NCBI GenBank assembly: GCA_963662465.1
Contig: OY759599.1
Location: 320,001-384,000, forward strand
DNA: 64,000 nt
DNA from: Desulfatiglandales bacterium
GTDB lineage: Bacteria; Desulfobacterota; DSM-4660; Desulfatiglandales; Desulfatiglandaceae
Reading direction: 5' to 3'
Shown here in pieces: positions 49,248 to 59,349 of the stretch. Numbering within the stretch: the first letter of the stretch is position 1; each line of letters opens with the position of its first letter. The notes below the pieces were generated by a model. It was not told where the DNA came from. It searched no databases and saw only the letters and a list, made by a program, of their open reading frames with translations. The position numbers and the translations under genes are program-made.

Positions 49248-49539
49248 CTTCTTTTCCCCTATAATTTATTTTTGTTTCAGTATAATCATCAAATCACCCC
49301 GTCGTCAATCAATATTTATTTTTATGATGGCGTGTTAGGCTACATTAAGTACAATAATCTCTCTGGCGGTATCTTTAAGGCGGTTTTTTGCCTGATATTT
49401 TTTTTTGAATTATTTTTTCAGGTGAAGATTTCAGGGTGTATTTTCAGGGGGGCAGAATAGATCAAAAGTTGTGCACCTGTTGTTCACCACTGAAAATATG
49501 TTCTGAAAAGATAATAAAAACAGGTGTTTAGTTGGTAAA

Positions 49540-49568
49540 TGCGGGTTCAAGTCCCGCCTTCGGCACCA
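49540..49568 (+). repeat. attR of element 2 and left junction of element 3
   Basis: TGCGGGTTCAAGTCCCGCCTTCGGCACCA followed by sequence nearly identical to 13616 onward. Confidence 0.93.
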
Positions 49569-49935
49569 TAAAAAAATCAAATACTTACCTGAACAGGCTG
49601 CTTTTTTAAGTGGCCTTTTTTTCGTCCAAGGTAATATTTTGGGTAACATTTTGGAAAAAGACCTCCAGCGTTTTAACGGCCTGCCGGGTATCATCCAAGT
49701 CAACCGTGTTGTATCTATCAAACATTTCCCGTGTTGAATGACCGGTAATCGCCATGATAACGCTCTCCGGTACGCCTGCCTTTCTCATATTTGTGTTAAA
49801 TGTATGCCGTAGGTCGTGAAAAATGAAGCCGTCTTTCTTGAAACGTCCATAAACGATGTCAGATTTTTTGCAGGCTTTGACTAATCCTGTGCGGATATCG
49901 GAAACGGGGGTTCCACGAAAAAGAAAAATATGATT

Positions 49936-51678
49936 GGCTCATCGCGGATTAACGTGAAAAATCGATATTTCGAACCAAAGATGTCAGATGTCAAAAGCTC
50001 CGCGTATTCCTACACTCTGCGTGAGAATGCGCTTTGGACGCTCTGCGTCCACTGGGATAAGGCAATGAAGAGCTAATACAAGATGGCTACCGACGCAAGG
50101 CAGGACAGTTTCTCATTTGTATGAACCTTGATTGACTTGATGACTTGATTTTTTATTCATGCTGCCGGCATCATCAAGGTTCAGGCGCTTACCTTGTTGA
50201 CTTGATTTACTTAGGCGCTTGTTATTATGAGCTCTTTTAAACTGTTGACTTTTTTGACTTATCGCGGAGTAACGCGAAAACCCGCGAATTGTGCGAGCGC
50301 CCGAAGCCTGAAGTTTGCAAAATTCCTGTAACCGTAAGCCGAGCGTATCATCGTCCTCAGTCCATTATTGAGCCCCTCGACAAAACCATTTGTGATTCGT
50401 TCGGTAAAATAATTGAGGATCTCCTTTCTCCAGTTTTTGAATGTAGCAACAAATTTGAGCAGGTATTTGTTGCCTGTTCGTTTTGCTTTTAGAACCCATG
50501 CGTCCAAAAAACGGGCTGCTTTTTCTCTGCAATGGATTTTCTCGAATATGGTGCGGAATTCTTCTTTAAGCAGGTACAAGGCGCGAAGATCAGGGCATGT
50601 TTTCAGTATGTTATCCAGATGTTCCGTCTCCTTTGGTGACAGTTCAGCCCGATTGCGTACAAGTATCCAGCGGCTGCCTTTGAGTAGTTTTTTCATTTCA
50701 TCAGAGCTTTCTTTCTGATATTTTGTGCGCAGCTGGGTCAGGCGCGTATTCAATTGTTTCATGACATGGAATCGGTCAACTACCACCTTCGCATGGGGCA
50801 GCTTGCTGCGGGCTGCTTGATCATAGGGCGCCCACATGTCAATGGAAACAAAACGGATAGATTTTTTCTCCATAGGACTCAAGGCTTCTATCCAATTTTC
50901 CAGGGTTTTTTTCTCCCTGTCAGGCAGGATAGCGAGTATGCATTTCCTATCAATATCAGAGATCACGAGTACGAATTGCTTGTGACGCTTTTTGATGGAA
51001 AGCTCATCAATTCCTAAGCCCCTGACAGGATAGGTGGCCGTAGATATCCGTTTCATTGCCGCCCAAAAGTTGAAGATATCTTTTACTGTAGAGTGGCTTA
51101 GCCCTTCATGAACTGCAACAGCCTTGCGGGTGCTTGTAAGACAGGCCTGATAAATATGCTGTTCGAAGGTTATGGATTGCCTGCGGTGGGAATCTACGAA
51201 GGGCAATTCTTCTACAAAAGTCCGACCACAATCTTCGCATTTGAAACGGCGAGAAAGAAAATGTAGGACAGTCTTTTTGCCCCACACATCCAAATGACGA
51301 ATAGATCGAGTTTCTTCTTGATGAATTTTCGTTGAAAGTGAGCCGCAATGTGGACACAAGGCAACCTCCTCGCGATGGGTACACCAAAGATGCAGAACTT
51401 CGTGTTCTCCTTCGCGACGAAGTGCAAACATCTTTACCCCGATGCTTGCAATGCCCAACAATTCGGTCAGAGTTTCATCCGCAACTTCTTTGAATTCTTG
51501 CAGGGTAATTCGCTTCACGGACTTCGCAGCATCCTTTATATAGGATGTAAAACGGGGTAGCAGTTTCATGGAAAATCCTCCTAATGAGCTTTTTCCATCC
51601 TATTTATACCTATTGGGGGAGAAAGTTCTCAAAAAAATGACAGGCGAAACATTTTTTCACGTTAATCCGCGTTGAGCC
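49936..51678. mobile_element. ISL3-family element (1743 bp)
   Basis: 26-bp TIR GGCTCA(T/A)CGCGGATTAACGTGAAAAA; 8-bp TSD ATATGATT. Confidence 0.95.
50259..51569 (-). CDS. ISL3-family transposase
   Basis: CPHCG..RRFKCEDC, GIDE, SIDMW, DRFHV, TNGFVEGLNN, YGYRNF. Confidence 0.95.
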   Translation of the reverse strand: MKLLPRFTSYIKDAAKSVKRITLQEFKEVADETLTELLGIASIGVKMFALRREGEHEVLHLWCTHREEVALCPHCGSLSTKIHQEETRSIRHLDVWGKKTVLHFLSRRFKCEDCGRTFVEELPFVDSHRRQSITFEQHIYQACLTSTRKAVAVHEGLSHSTVKDIFNFWAAMKRISTATYPVRGLGIDELSIKKRHKQFVLVISDIDRKCILAILPDREKKTLENWIEALSPMEKKSIRFVSIDMWAPYDQAARSKLPHAKVVVDRFHVMKQLNTRLTQLRTKYQKESSDEMKKLLKGSRWILVRNRAELSPKETEHLDNILKTCPDLRALYLLKEEFRTIFEKIHCREKAARFLDAWVLKAKRTGNKYLLKFVATFKNWRKEILNYFTERITNGFVEGLNNGLRTMIRSAYGYRNFANFRLRALAQFAGFRVTPR

Positions 51679-52420
51679 ATATGATTGTCGTGAAGATGCC
51701 GTGCTGAATTCCCACAAAGCCGGGTGAATTCGTCATGGGTCATAATCCGGTCCCTGATATCAGCACCTTTTTTGAGAACATTCTTGACGACCTTAAACGT
51801 CCGCATGGTTTCGCCGCTTATCATTCTATTGTCGAATGCCTTTGAAACCATGGTGCGGGTTTTGCCGATCTCATGGTCAATGGTCGCTGGGGCCATGCCT
51901 GCTTTAAGGCGGATAGCCTGATAGTTCTCCAGGTCCGCCGGTGTGATCTTGGCAATAATGGTTCTGCCATAAACTTTGTTGAATTTCACAAGGGATATCC
52001 TGATAGTATCGTATGAAGCCAGAGCCTTAACCTTTTCCAATTTCAGATACCAGTTGGTCAATTCCTGAAACGTCATTTTCGCATCGGCTTTGATATCGAA
52101 AAGACGGCCTTCCTTTTTCTGTGTCTTTTTCTTGCCGTCCGCCGTCCGGGCCTCCTCGATGGACGTGCCCATGGGCTCTTGCTTCTGCTTTCCGCTGGGG
52201 AGCCTGTAACTGATCCAGTATATCAGCTTTTTCCCTGACTTGGCCTTATTCAGATCAGATCCGCACATTTTACAGAGCTTATTTTTAATGGATTGCCGGG
52301 TTTTGCATACCGGGCACTGAGCCAGAATTCCCATAAATACCACCTCCGAAAATATACGATTGTTTCGGGTATTGTTTCATGATATCATGTCTTCATCCGT
52401 TTAGGGAAAGGGAAATTGCC

Positions 52421-52684
52421 ATGGGCGCCACCATCACATTTGACACGTTCGAAAACGTCAAGAGGTTAAAAGCAGTCGGTTTTACTGAGGAGCAGGCTGC
52501 CGAACAGACAAAAATTATCAGCGAATTAATAGAAAACCGCCTTGCCACAAAACAGGATATGGAGTTGATTAGACGTGACATGCGAGAGCTTGAACTCAGG
52601 CTTAAACATGATTTAACAATGCGAATGGGAACAATCTCAGCAGCCTCCATCGCCATTGTTGCCGCCCTGGTTAAGCTTCTGTAG
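52421..52684 (+). CDS. DUF1640/CCDC90-like protein (paralog of 14909-15163)
   Basis: Identical N-terminus and VAALVKLL end; different central and TM region. Confidence 0.8.
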   Translation: MGATITFDTFENVKRLKAVGFTEEQAAEQTKIISELIENRLATKQDMELIRRDMRELELRLKHDLTMRMGTISAASIAIVAALVKLL

Positions 52685-52775
52685 GCCCCTCCCAGGGAAC
52701 CCCAAATAGTCCGGGCCCCTGTGCACAGACCTCGTTACGAGAGGTGGTTTTACCCCCCGATTTTTGGACACTTGC

Positions 52776-54848
52776 CTATTTGAGGGGCGAATTTCCGACT
52801 TCAAGCTGGAGTAATTTTCCAGCGGGGGTGATTACCCTCAACTGACTTAGTTTCCGGCAAAACTGTTTTTGGGCGGCAAGACGACTGGGCTGTTGGAGGG
52901 GCTCAAGACGTACTGTCACTTTCTTATTGTCGCTCCTTATCCAGCCATGGCAATTGGTAATGGCATAGAATAGATCAACATACTCATTCTTGTTTTCGTA
53001 AAGCGGCAGAAGCCACTCTACCATTTGCTTGCGAGCATTCCACACGCTTGCGGTCACAAGGTCAAATAAATACTTGCTTTCATCACAAATACGCTGAAAA
53101 CAAGTGTAATCCTCCAGCCATGAAACATCCACTCTTTCAGGGAGTTGTTTTACTTTCCCCTTCAAGATTTCAACCTCAGACTCCTTTTCTTTGATCTGCG
53201 AAAGGACATTTTGGCGGACACTGTTTTTCCGAGTACTGCCATCTTTATTGAGGACTTCGTTGCTTTTTGACAGCTTTTTATACAGTCCTACAAGCTTTGC
53301 CTTAATTCCGGAAGCCTTCGTCTTGATCTCTTTGAGTTCAGGATTGGCGATTTCCTGATTCTGACTTTCAGTAAACGAATATCCCGGTTGGTAGTTAAGG
53401 GGATGTTTGTCTCCTATATGCTTAAAGGTGTTTTCAGAGGCTCCCCAACGGTTGAGGATCGCCATTGCGCATTGCTCTGTGCCCATTCTGTCCGATGGAA
53501 CATTCGACAGAGCGCAGGTCCGGCGGTTACTGGAAACATTCCATAGATAAATGCGCCTAATCGTTAGAGTTTCAGTTTTCTTTTCATCTACGTCGCAGGT
53601 GAATACCTTTTCCCCTTCAAATATCCGATATGACTTGCCATTTAAACTGAATTCTTCTGTGAACAACTCTTCGTCCAACGCCTTGAGCTTATTGATGTCA
53701 ACATTCTTTTCCCAAGTTACAAAACCGACTCCTGCCAGATTCATTTCATAAAAAAAATTGCCCCCTTGCCCTTCCCGGTCAAATACCATCACCGGTCCTG
53801 GAGTGACTTCTGCCTTCCATTTAATCCCTAACTTAATAAGATAATTACGGATATCGCCTTTTCCCTCCTGAATCTCAAAATCAATGACCCTGCCGCTTGA
53901 ATCGCAAGCAACGATGTTGTTGCGACCCGGAACCATCATCCTCCGCTGCGTATTGAAGGCTTTATGTACTTTGTTTTTCCCGGTATAAGGCAACAAATGA
54001 CCGTCTACAAACCACAGCCATGTGCCGACGAGTCCGGAACGAATTTGCTGGAGGGTAAAATGAGACAGCATCTGGCGTGCTGTATCCAACTTGCAGGCAG
54101 CATAAAGCCATACGCGCGCCTTTGTTTTGCTTGGCAAATTCCGGATGCCAAGGATGAGACCTGCTTCGCGTCCGTGAAGATTTTTCAGTTGCTCGATGGA
54201 GCGGGTATTCTTTGCAATCATCAAGACAAAAGTAAACAATAACTTATATTTATTTCCCAAGAAGGAGGATGTCATCCGCGCCCAGTTATTGAGGTGGATC
54301 AAAGTAATCAGGTAAGTAAAAACGCCCGCATAGCGCGTTGCTTCCCAGCCATGTTTCTCGCTGAAGGGTTGATCTTCCGGGTCAAGAGTGCGGTCGCCGA
54401 AAGGGAGTTCAACTTGTGTATCCAGCCGCTCTCTCTCCCCTTTTCGTATCTGCTCCAGTTGCCTGGCCTTGTTCCCTTTAAGAGCTTCATCGGCATGGGC
54501 TTCACGGTTCTGGCGCAAGGTCGCACCTTTTGAAGGCGTATAGTTGCGGATAAGGCCTTCAAGACCGAAATGTTTCTTTATTTCCTGGTAGTTATGGATG
54601 GTCTGGCGGCTGATGTTAAGCGCTTCTGCAAGATGGGTTTTGGTAGCGCCAAGCTCGGCGGCTTCGACGACAAAAAATCTTTTGGCCACCTTGTCAGAAA
54701 GGTCAGCAGTCTTTACCAAGACGTCATTATGGTAAAGGCTGACGTGCGTTTCGATGTCGTCTTTAAATTTCAGATAGAGCCGCTGGCCGATGAATTTAAG
54801 CGCTTTATCTTCGTTCGATACATCATCGAACAATAATCCCTGGGTCAT
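52776..54848 (-). CDS. Large DDE transposase, same family as 26527-28794; element ends not resolved
   Basis: FVDGHLLPY, VFDREG, RWGASENTFK, LNYQPGY. Confidence 0.85.
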   Translation of the reverse strand: MTQGLLFDDVSNEDKALKFIGQRLYLKFKDDIETHVSLYHNDVLVKTADLSDKVAKRFFVVEAAELGATKTHLAEALNISRQTIHNYQEIKKHFGLEGLIRNYTPSKGATLRQNREAHADEALKGNKARQLEQIRKGERERLDTQVELPFGDRTLDPEDQPFSEKHGWEATRYAGVFTYLITLIHLNNWARMTSSFLGNKYKLLFTFVLMIAKNTRSIEQLKNLHGREAGLILGIRNLPSKTKARVWLYAACKLDTARQMLSHFTLQQIRSGLVGTWLWFVDGHLLPYTGKNKVHKAFNTQRRMMVPGRNNIVACDSSGRVIDFEIQEGKGDIRNYLIKLGIKWKAEVTPGPVMVFDREGQGGNFFYEMNLAGVGFVTWEKNVDINKLKALDEELFTEEFSLNGKSYRIFEGEKVFTCDVDEKKTETLTIRRIYLWNVSSNRRTCALSNVPSDRMGTEQCAMAILNRWGASENTFKHIGDKHPLNYQPGYSFTESQNQEIANPELKEIKTKASGIKAKLVGLYKKLSKSNEVLNKDGSTRKNSVRQNVLSQIKEKESEVEILKGKVKQLPERVDVSWLEDYTCFQRICDESKYLFDLVTASVWNARKQMVEWLLPLYENKNEYVDLFYAITNCHGWIRSDNKKVTVRLEPLQQPSRLAAQKQFCRKLSQLRVITPAGKLLQLEVGNSPLK

Positions 54849-55581
54849 GATTGCCTCGCTTCATTGTTTGCAGAAACGAGAGTATTCCATCCTTCCGGAA
54901 GTGTCAATTAATTTTTACAAATTAAAAAATTTCAAAAATTATATTAATATCTTGCAACTTCGACTGTCCAATTCTCAATTAGAGACACTCTAACTGCTTG
55001 AAAACACGATTGGACCACCGCAAAACCGCCCGGGGCTTAACGAGGTCTGGTGCAAGGGTTCGTCAAAGAATTCACTCCAGACATCCGGGTTGTGAGAAAG
55101 GATCTCTTTTTCAGCTTGTTCCCGGTCGATCACTTCGGCACTATCACGTTCGCCTTGCCATTGGGTCCCATGGCAGAGATAAAAACGTCCATTCAAGATC
55201 TTGACGTGTCGTTTTTTACACCTGGCAGGAAGCACTCGGCTCAATTTTCAGCTCAGAGGCCTCCCCAAAAAAGAGGCGGCCTCTATCTTTCCCCCATACC
55301 GGCAAACACCTGCCTTTCTCAAATTCGTGTTGAATGTATGTCTGCAATTTCTTCAAACGGAAGCGCAAGCCTGGAAAACCAGCCATAAGCAACGAACGCT
55401 CCGATATTTCAATTACTGAAAGGTTCTTGACCGTAAGGTCAATTGATTTTTTTGGGCCTTTTTCCAGTTCTCCAAACGGGAAATACATGGTTGGGTGCCA
55501 GGACAGTGACTATGTCGAGAAGACGCGAGGAGGTTTTAGGGAAAACGGAAATGGGAGATGTGTTTTAGGCGAGGTGATTTG

Positions 55582-55680
55582 CGGGCGGATTTTCACCGGC
55601 CCCACCCTGGGAAAGAAGCCAAGCCCTATCAGGTTCGGGCAGCCCGCGAGTTTTTACGAAAAATGGAGGTGATTCCATGA
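55582..55680 (+). pseudogene. hicA: HicA toxin C-terminal remnant
   Basis: FHRPHPGKEAKPYQVRAAREFL; ATGA overlap with hicB; no N-terminus. Confidence 0.75.
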
Positions 55681-55952
55681 GAGCGATGAAATACAAGGGG
55701 TATTCGGCGCGGATCGAATACAGCGATGAAGATGAATGTTTTGTTGGGCGTGTTGCCGGTATTCGTGATATCATCACTTTCCACAGTGAGCGTGTTGATG
55801 AAATTCGCGGTGAGTTCAAGGAAGCCATAGACTTTTATCTTGCCACCTGTACTCAAAGAGGAGAGGCCCCCAATAAACCCTATTCCGGGAAAATGTTCTT
55901 AAGAGTTTCGCCTGAAATACATGCCGCTGTTGCTACGGCTGCCGAAAAATAG
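55677..55952 (+). CDS. hicB: HicB-family antitoxin, probably C-terminally truncated
   Basis: MKYKGYSARIEYSDEDECFVGRV..PNKPYSGKMFLRVSPEIH. Confidence 0.85.
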   Translation: MRAMKYKGYSARIEYSDEDECFVGRVAGIRDIITFHSERVDEIRGEFKEAIDFYLATCTQRGEAPNKPYSGKMFLRVSPEIHAAVATAAEK

Positions 55953-56184
55953 GACCCAAATCTCTGAAAGAGTCTTGACCAGCCTGTTTTGACGCCGCTC
56001 TCCAACATTTCTTTAAAAAGGGCTTCAGCTCTTTCGGCTCGTAGGTGCTGGTCGCCAGTCTTTCACGGGCAGACTCATTTCTTTCATCAATCTTATACAT
56101 TTGGCATGTAATCTGCTATAACTCAAAAATATCCTTCCACACTATACTATAAATACCCGGTATAAAACCGGGGGGGCTAGATGC

Positions 56185-56972
56185 GCTCCTGGGTCAGCGG
56201 CGCATGGGCAAAACCGAGATCTTCAAACGCGTGGTGAACCGGCTTTTTTTTGAGCAGGGGAATGTGGCTGATCCTTATGGTTGTGTTGTGCCGGTTTACT
56301 ACAGTTTTCGTGACAGTGTTTCAAGCAGCGCTGATTTTGCTGTTGAATACATTGAAAACTTTCTGCGCTGGTTCGCAGCCTTTCGGTTGGGGAATCCGGA
56401 TCTGGCAATGCGCGAATCCATCCGGGGCGAAGATTTAATTGCACTTGTCCGGACGAATCTGTCTATGAGCGCGGGTCTTGAAGAGGCCGTGGCCCTGTTA
56501 GTTGTGAGAGCGGGACCGGCAGGAAGTATCGATCGAGTCCATTCGGGACACGCTGATCCGGTTCTCCCGCGGCGATTTTCTGGAATACATGGAGCTTGGC
56601 GGCTGGTTTCGGACAGTGGATGACCCTATTCTGCTGGAATTCCTGAAGGTCTGGGGCCGCATTGCAGTGGAGGGAAAAAGAGCCGTTGATGTTCAAAATG
56701 ACCTTCGGGCGCGATACCGTACGCTGAAACGCAAGGTCCACGATCCTCTGGGGTATTTGGGTGAAGTGTATATGGCCCAGGTCCTCTGGAACGGCCAGAA
56801 TAAAACGCTTCCCGGCGTCTGGTTCCATTCGGTCGGGGATATTCCGGTCAACTGGCATTTCAGCTTCATTCGTCATCGGGTCAGGCTGGGGGCATCCACC
56901 GAATGCGGGAGAAAGGCGTCCTTTGGTCCGACCGGGCCGATCTGGATGGTTTGCTTGGGTATATGGGATTGA
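56185..56972 (+). pseudogene. Fragmented P-loop ATPase gene
   Basis: LLGQRRMGKT Walker A at the start; broken frames downstream. Confidence 0.5.
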
Positions 56973-57104
56973 AATGCCTGCCGGAGATTGTGGGAGAGGG
57001 GCGAAAAATGGAAACTGACAAGACAACGGCAGGTTCATTGACGCTTCTGAATGTGAAAATTATGCCGCGATGACTTTTTAATTTGAGCAAGGAGGGAGTA
57101 TGCC

Positions 57105-58865
57105 ATGGGAGTTTATGTTTCTTTGAAAATTGTGCCTGCCCGGATCGACCCTGGGGAATGGGCCGATTTCTATGACGAAACCGTTTTGTTTCTTAAAAAC
57201 GGCGACCTGAAGTTTATCGGTCCCAAAGAAGAGAGAATCATTTTGCCGGAGGGTGAATTTAAAAGAATTATTTACAGCCAGGCGTTTGAACAGGTCAAAA
57301 ACGGAAAACGGTCCTGGCATATCAGCGGCGATCTTGAAACCTATGGCATGGGGGAGAGCTTCCTGCTGTACCGCGATTTGTCGCATTATCAAATACAGTA
57401 TTTTCTTAGCAGGGATGACGATAACAAAACCCTTCCGGATACTGACTTCCGGTACGACATCGTGGAAAACCTTGTTTGGGAGTATTTCGAAGGAATCGAT
57501 GCCCCCAAAGACAACAGAGGAACTGGGGCGGATCGAAACAAAGATAAAAATGCCCCTCTTCCCTTCATGTCCACTGTTTTCGATGAAAAAACCCAGGGAC
57601 ACCCCTTTCACTACTATATGCTGGGTGTGGGCATGCTGGCGGAAAACCGGTTTCCCCGTGCGGCTTATGTTTCCGGAAACATTGACCGGTTTCAGGGGGA
57701 AGAGGCACGGGACAAAATCAAATCCATTCTGAACAAGAATGTAAGTCTTCCTTTGTGTACGGACCCGGATGCACTGTTGGAACGGATCATATCGTACCAT
57801 CAAGGCGTGGCTGCCTTGAAGGCCTTCCATGATCTCCTGAGAGATGACGCCGAGCGGGATGCCGCTGTAACGCATCAGGCCGCCATCAAACATTTGGGCC
57901 GGGAAGTGTTTGAAAATTGGTTTTTAGGCCGACTGAAGCACTACGAAAAACCCAGCGTGATGGGCGCCAAGGATCTGATGATGGAATGGCTTAACGCGGG
58001 GCAGCCCCTGGACCGGTTGATCCAGCTCGAATGCCTTCATCCGGATGGCCCCCGGCACGCACCCCTGAAAATTGCTGAAAGCCTGGTGGATCTGTGGTTG
58101 ACCATTGAACCGGAAAAAAGGAATGCATGGCAATCCTTTGACAAGCCCCAGGGGGCCGCGGACACGGTCGCAAGCCAGTTTGGCGGTATTTTTCTCGATA
58201 TGCTGTTAGGGGCCAGAGGGCGGCACATGAAAACCTATATCCCGGCGGATGAGGTTGTTCATGTATTCAGCCGGACTTTCCCTCAAGAGAAGACGGCTAT
58301 TGCTGAAGCAGTTTACCGCACAACCCGTGAACTGGAAGAGACGCATGCGCAGATCAGCAAACCCCTGGCCGACAAGGTTAAGGAAGTTCAGGAAGATCCG
58401 GGTGTGCTGGACGGTGTTCCCATATTGCAACTGGCCGATGAGGCATCCATCACTAAGCAACAACATGACTGGCTGGTTCACTTTGCCTATTTTCTCTCTT
58501 TTCAGTTGGCAGAGGTCAAAAAAGGCAGCGCTGGAACAAAAAGCCTGTTCTTTCATCAGAAAAATCGGGACGACCTATACACCCAGATTGTCCTGGCCAC
58601 CAGCCGTTACGGTCCCAACCTGACTGATCAGGCCTGGCAATGGATCGATCATGAACAGGATATGGACCTGTTGACCACCCTGGTCCTCCTGGCGCTGATG
58701 AATAAATCGGAACAAAAATTCTACAACACCAAAAAGGCTATCATGGAGAAAAAATGGCTTTGTGAAGTCCTCACCCGATTTAGGATGGACACGGAAAAGA
58801 TGCATGAGATCGGAACGTTAATGGATGAAATGCTGAAGGCGAAACAAGAGATTGAAGGAGCGTAA
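57105..58865 (+). CDS. Large hypothetical protein (586 aa)
   Basis: Long ORF with AGGAGG RBS; no motif recognised. Confidence 0.8.
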   Translation: MGVYVSLKIVPARIDPGEWADFYDETVLFLKNGDLKFIGPKEERIILPEGEFKRIIYSQAFEQVKNGKRSWHISGDLETYGMGESFLLYRDLSHYQIQYFLSRDDDNKTLPDTDFRYDIVENLVWEYFEGIDAPKDNRGTGADRNKDKNAPLPFMSTVFDEKTQGHPFHYYMLGVGMLAENRFPRAAYVSGNIDRFQGEEARDKIKSILNKNVSLPLCTDPDALLERIISYHQGVAALKAFHDLLRDDAERDAAVTHQAAIKHLGREVFENWFLGRLKHYEKPSVMGAKDLMMEWLNAGQPLDRLIQLECLHPDGPRHAPLKIAESLVDLWLTIEPEKRNAWQSFDKPQGAADTVASQFGGIFLDMLLGARGRHMKTYIPADEVVHVFSRTFPQEKTAIAEAVYRTTRELEETHAQISKPLADKVKEVQEDPGVLDGVPILQLADEASITKQQHDWLVHFAYFLSFQLAEVKKGSAGTKSLFFHQKNRDDLYTQIVLATSRYGPNLTDQAWQWIDHEQDMDLLTTLVLLALMNKSEQKFYNTKKAIMEKKWLCEVLTRFRMDTEKMHEIGTLMDEMLKAKQEIEGA

Positions 58866-59349
58866 ACTTGTTTGTTATGAGAGTTGCCTTCTTCATGATC
58901 TATCCGAAACGATCTAAACCCCGTGATCAGTTACGAATTTAACATAACCGAAGTGTGAAATCAGCTCAAGAAGTTATTTGCTGAAATTCCGATATAAGCA
59001 TGAGCCGAGGATTTGTTGACGGGAAAAAAAGCGTGCATCCCAATGTTAGCAACGTTCCCGCCAACGCCCATGCGAAAACGCTGCTACTTTATGGAGGGGT
59101 TTGCGCTGTGCTTAAGTCTCTGGTATCCTGGAGGGATTTGGCAGTGTCAAAAAAACATTACCCCAAAAAAAAGATGGGTGGGCATCCTGAAATCAAGCAC
59201 TTAGCTAGATCGAGTCGGAATTTTCCATTTTTTCACCCCAAGCGAAAGAACTTGTCGGAATACCTTGATTTTAATACAAAATATTGTACAATGCCTTCAT
59301 CAGATAACAGGATAGAGTGTTTCTTTAAATATTTGATGGAGGCCGAAAC

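Larger units (their letters stand above)
33584..49568. mobile_element. Element 2: small integrative element enlarged by an intron and nested IS elements
   Basis: 29-bp att repeat (33584-33612 = 49540-49568); own integrase; GTTGTGCACCT tandem repeats near both ends (33662, 49468). Confidence 0.88.
49606..52334 (-). pseudogene. int: Integrase of element 3 (close paralog of 13653-14822), with ISL3 insertion and a 64-codon deletion
   Basis: Near-identical N- and C-terminal parts; rejoined as GNSARHLHDNH-IFLFRG, lacking TGMRRGE. Confidence 0.93.
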
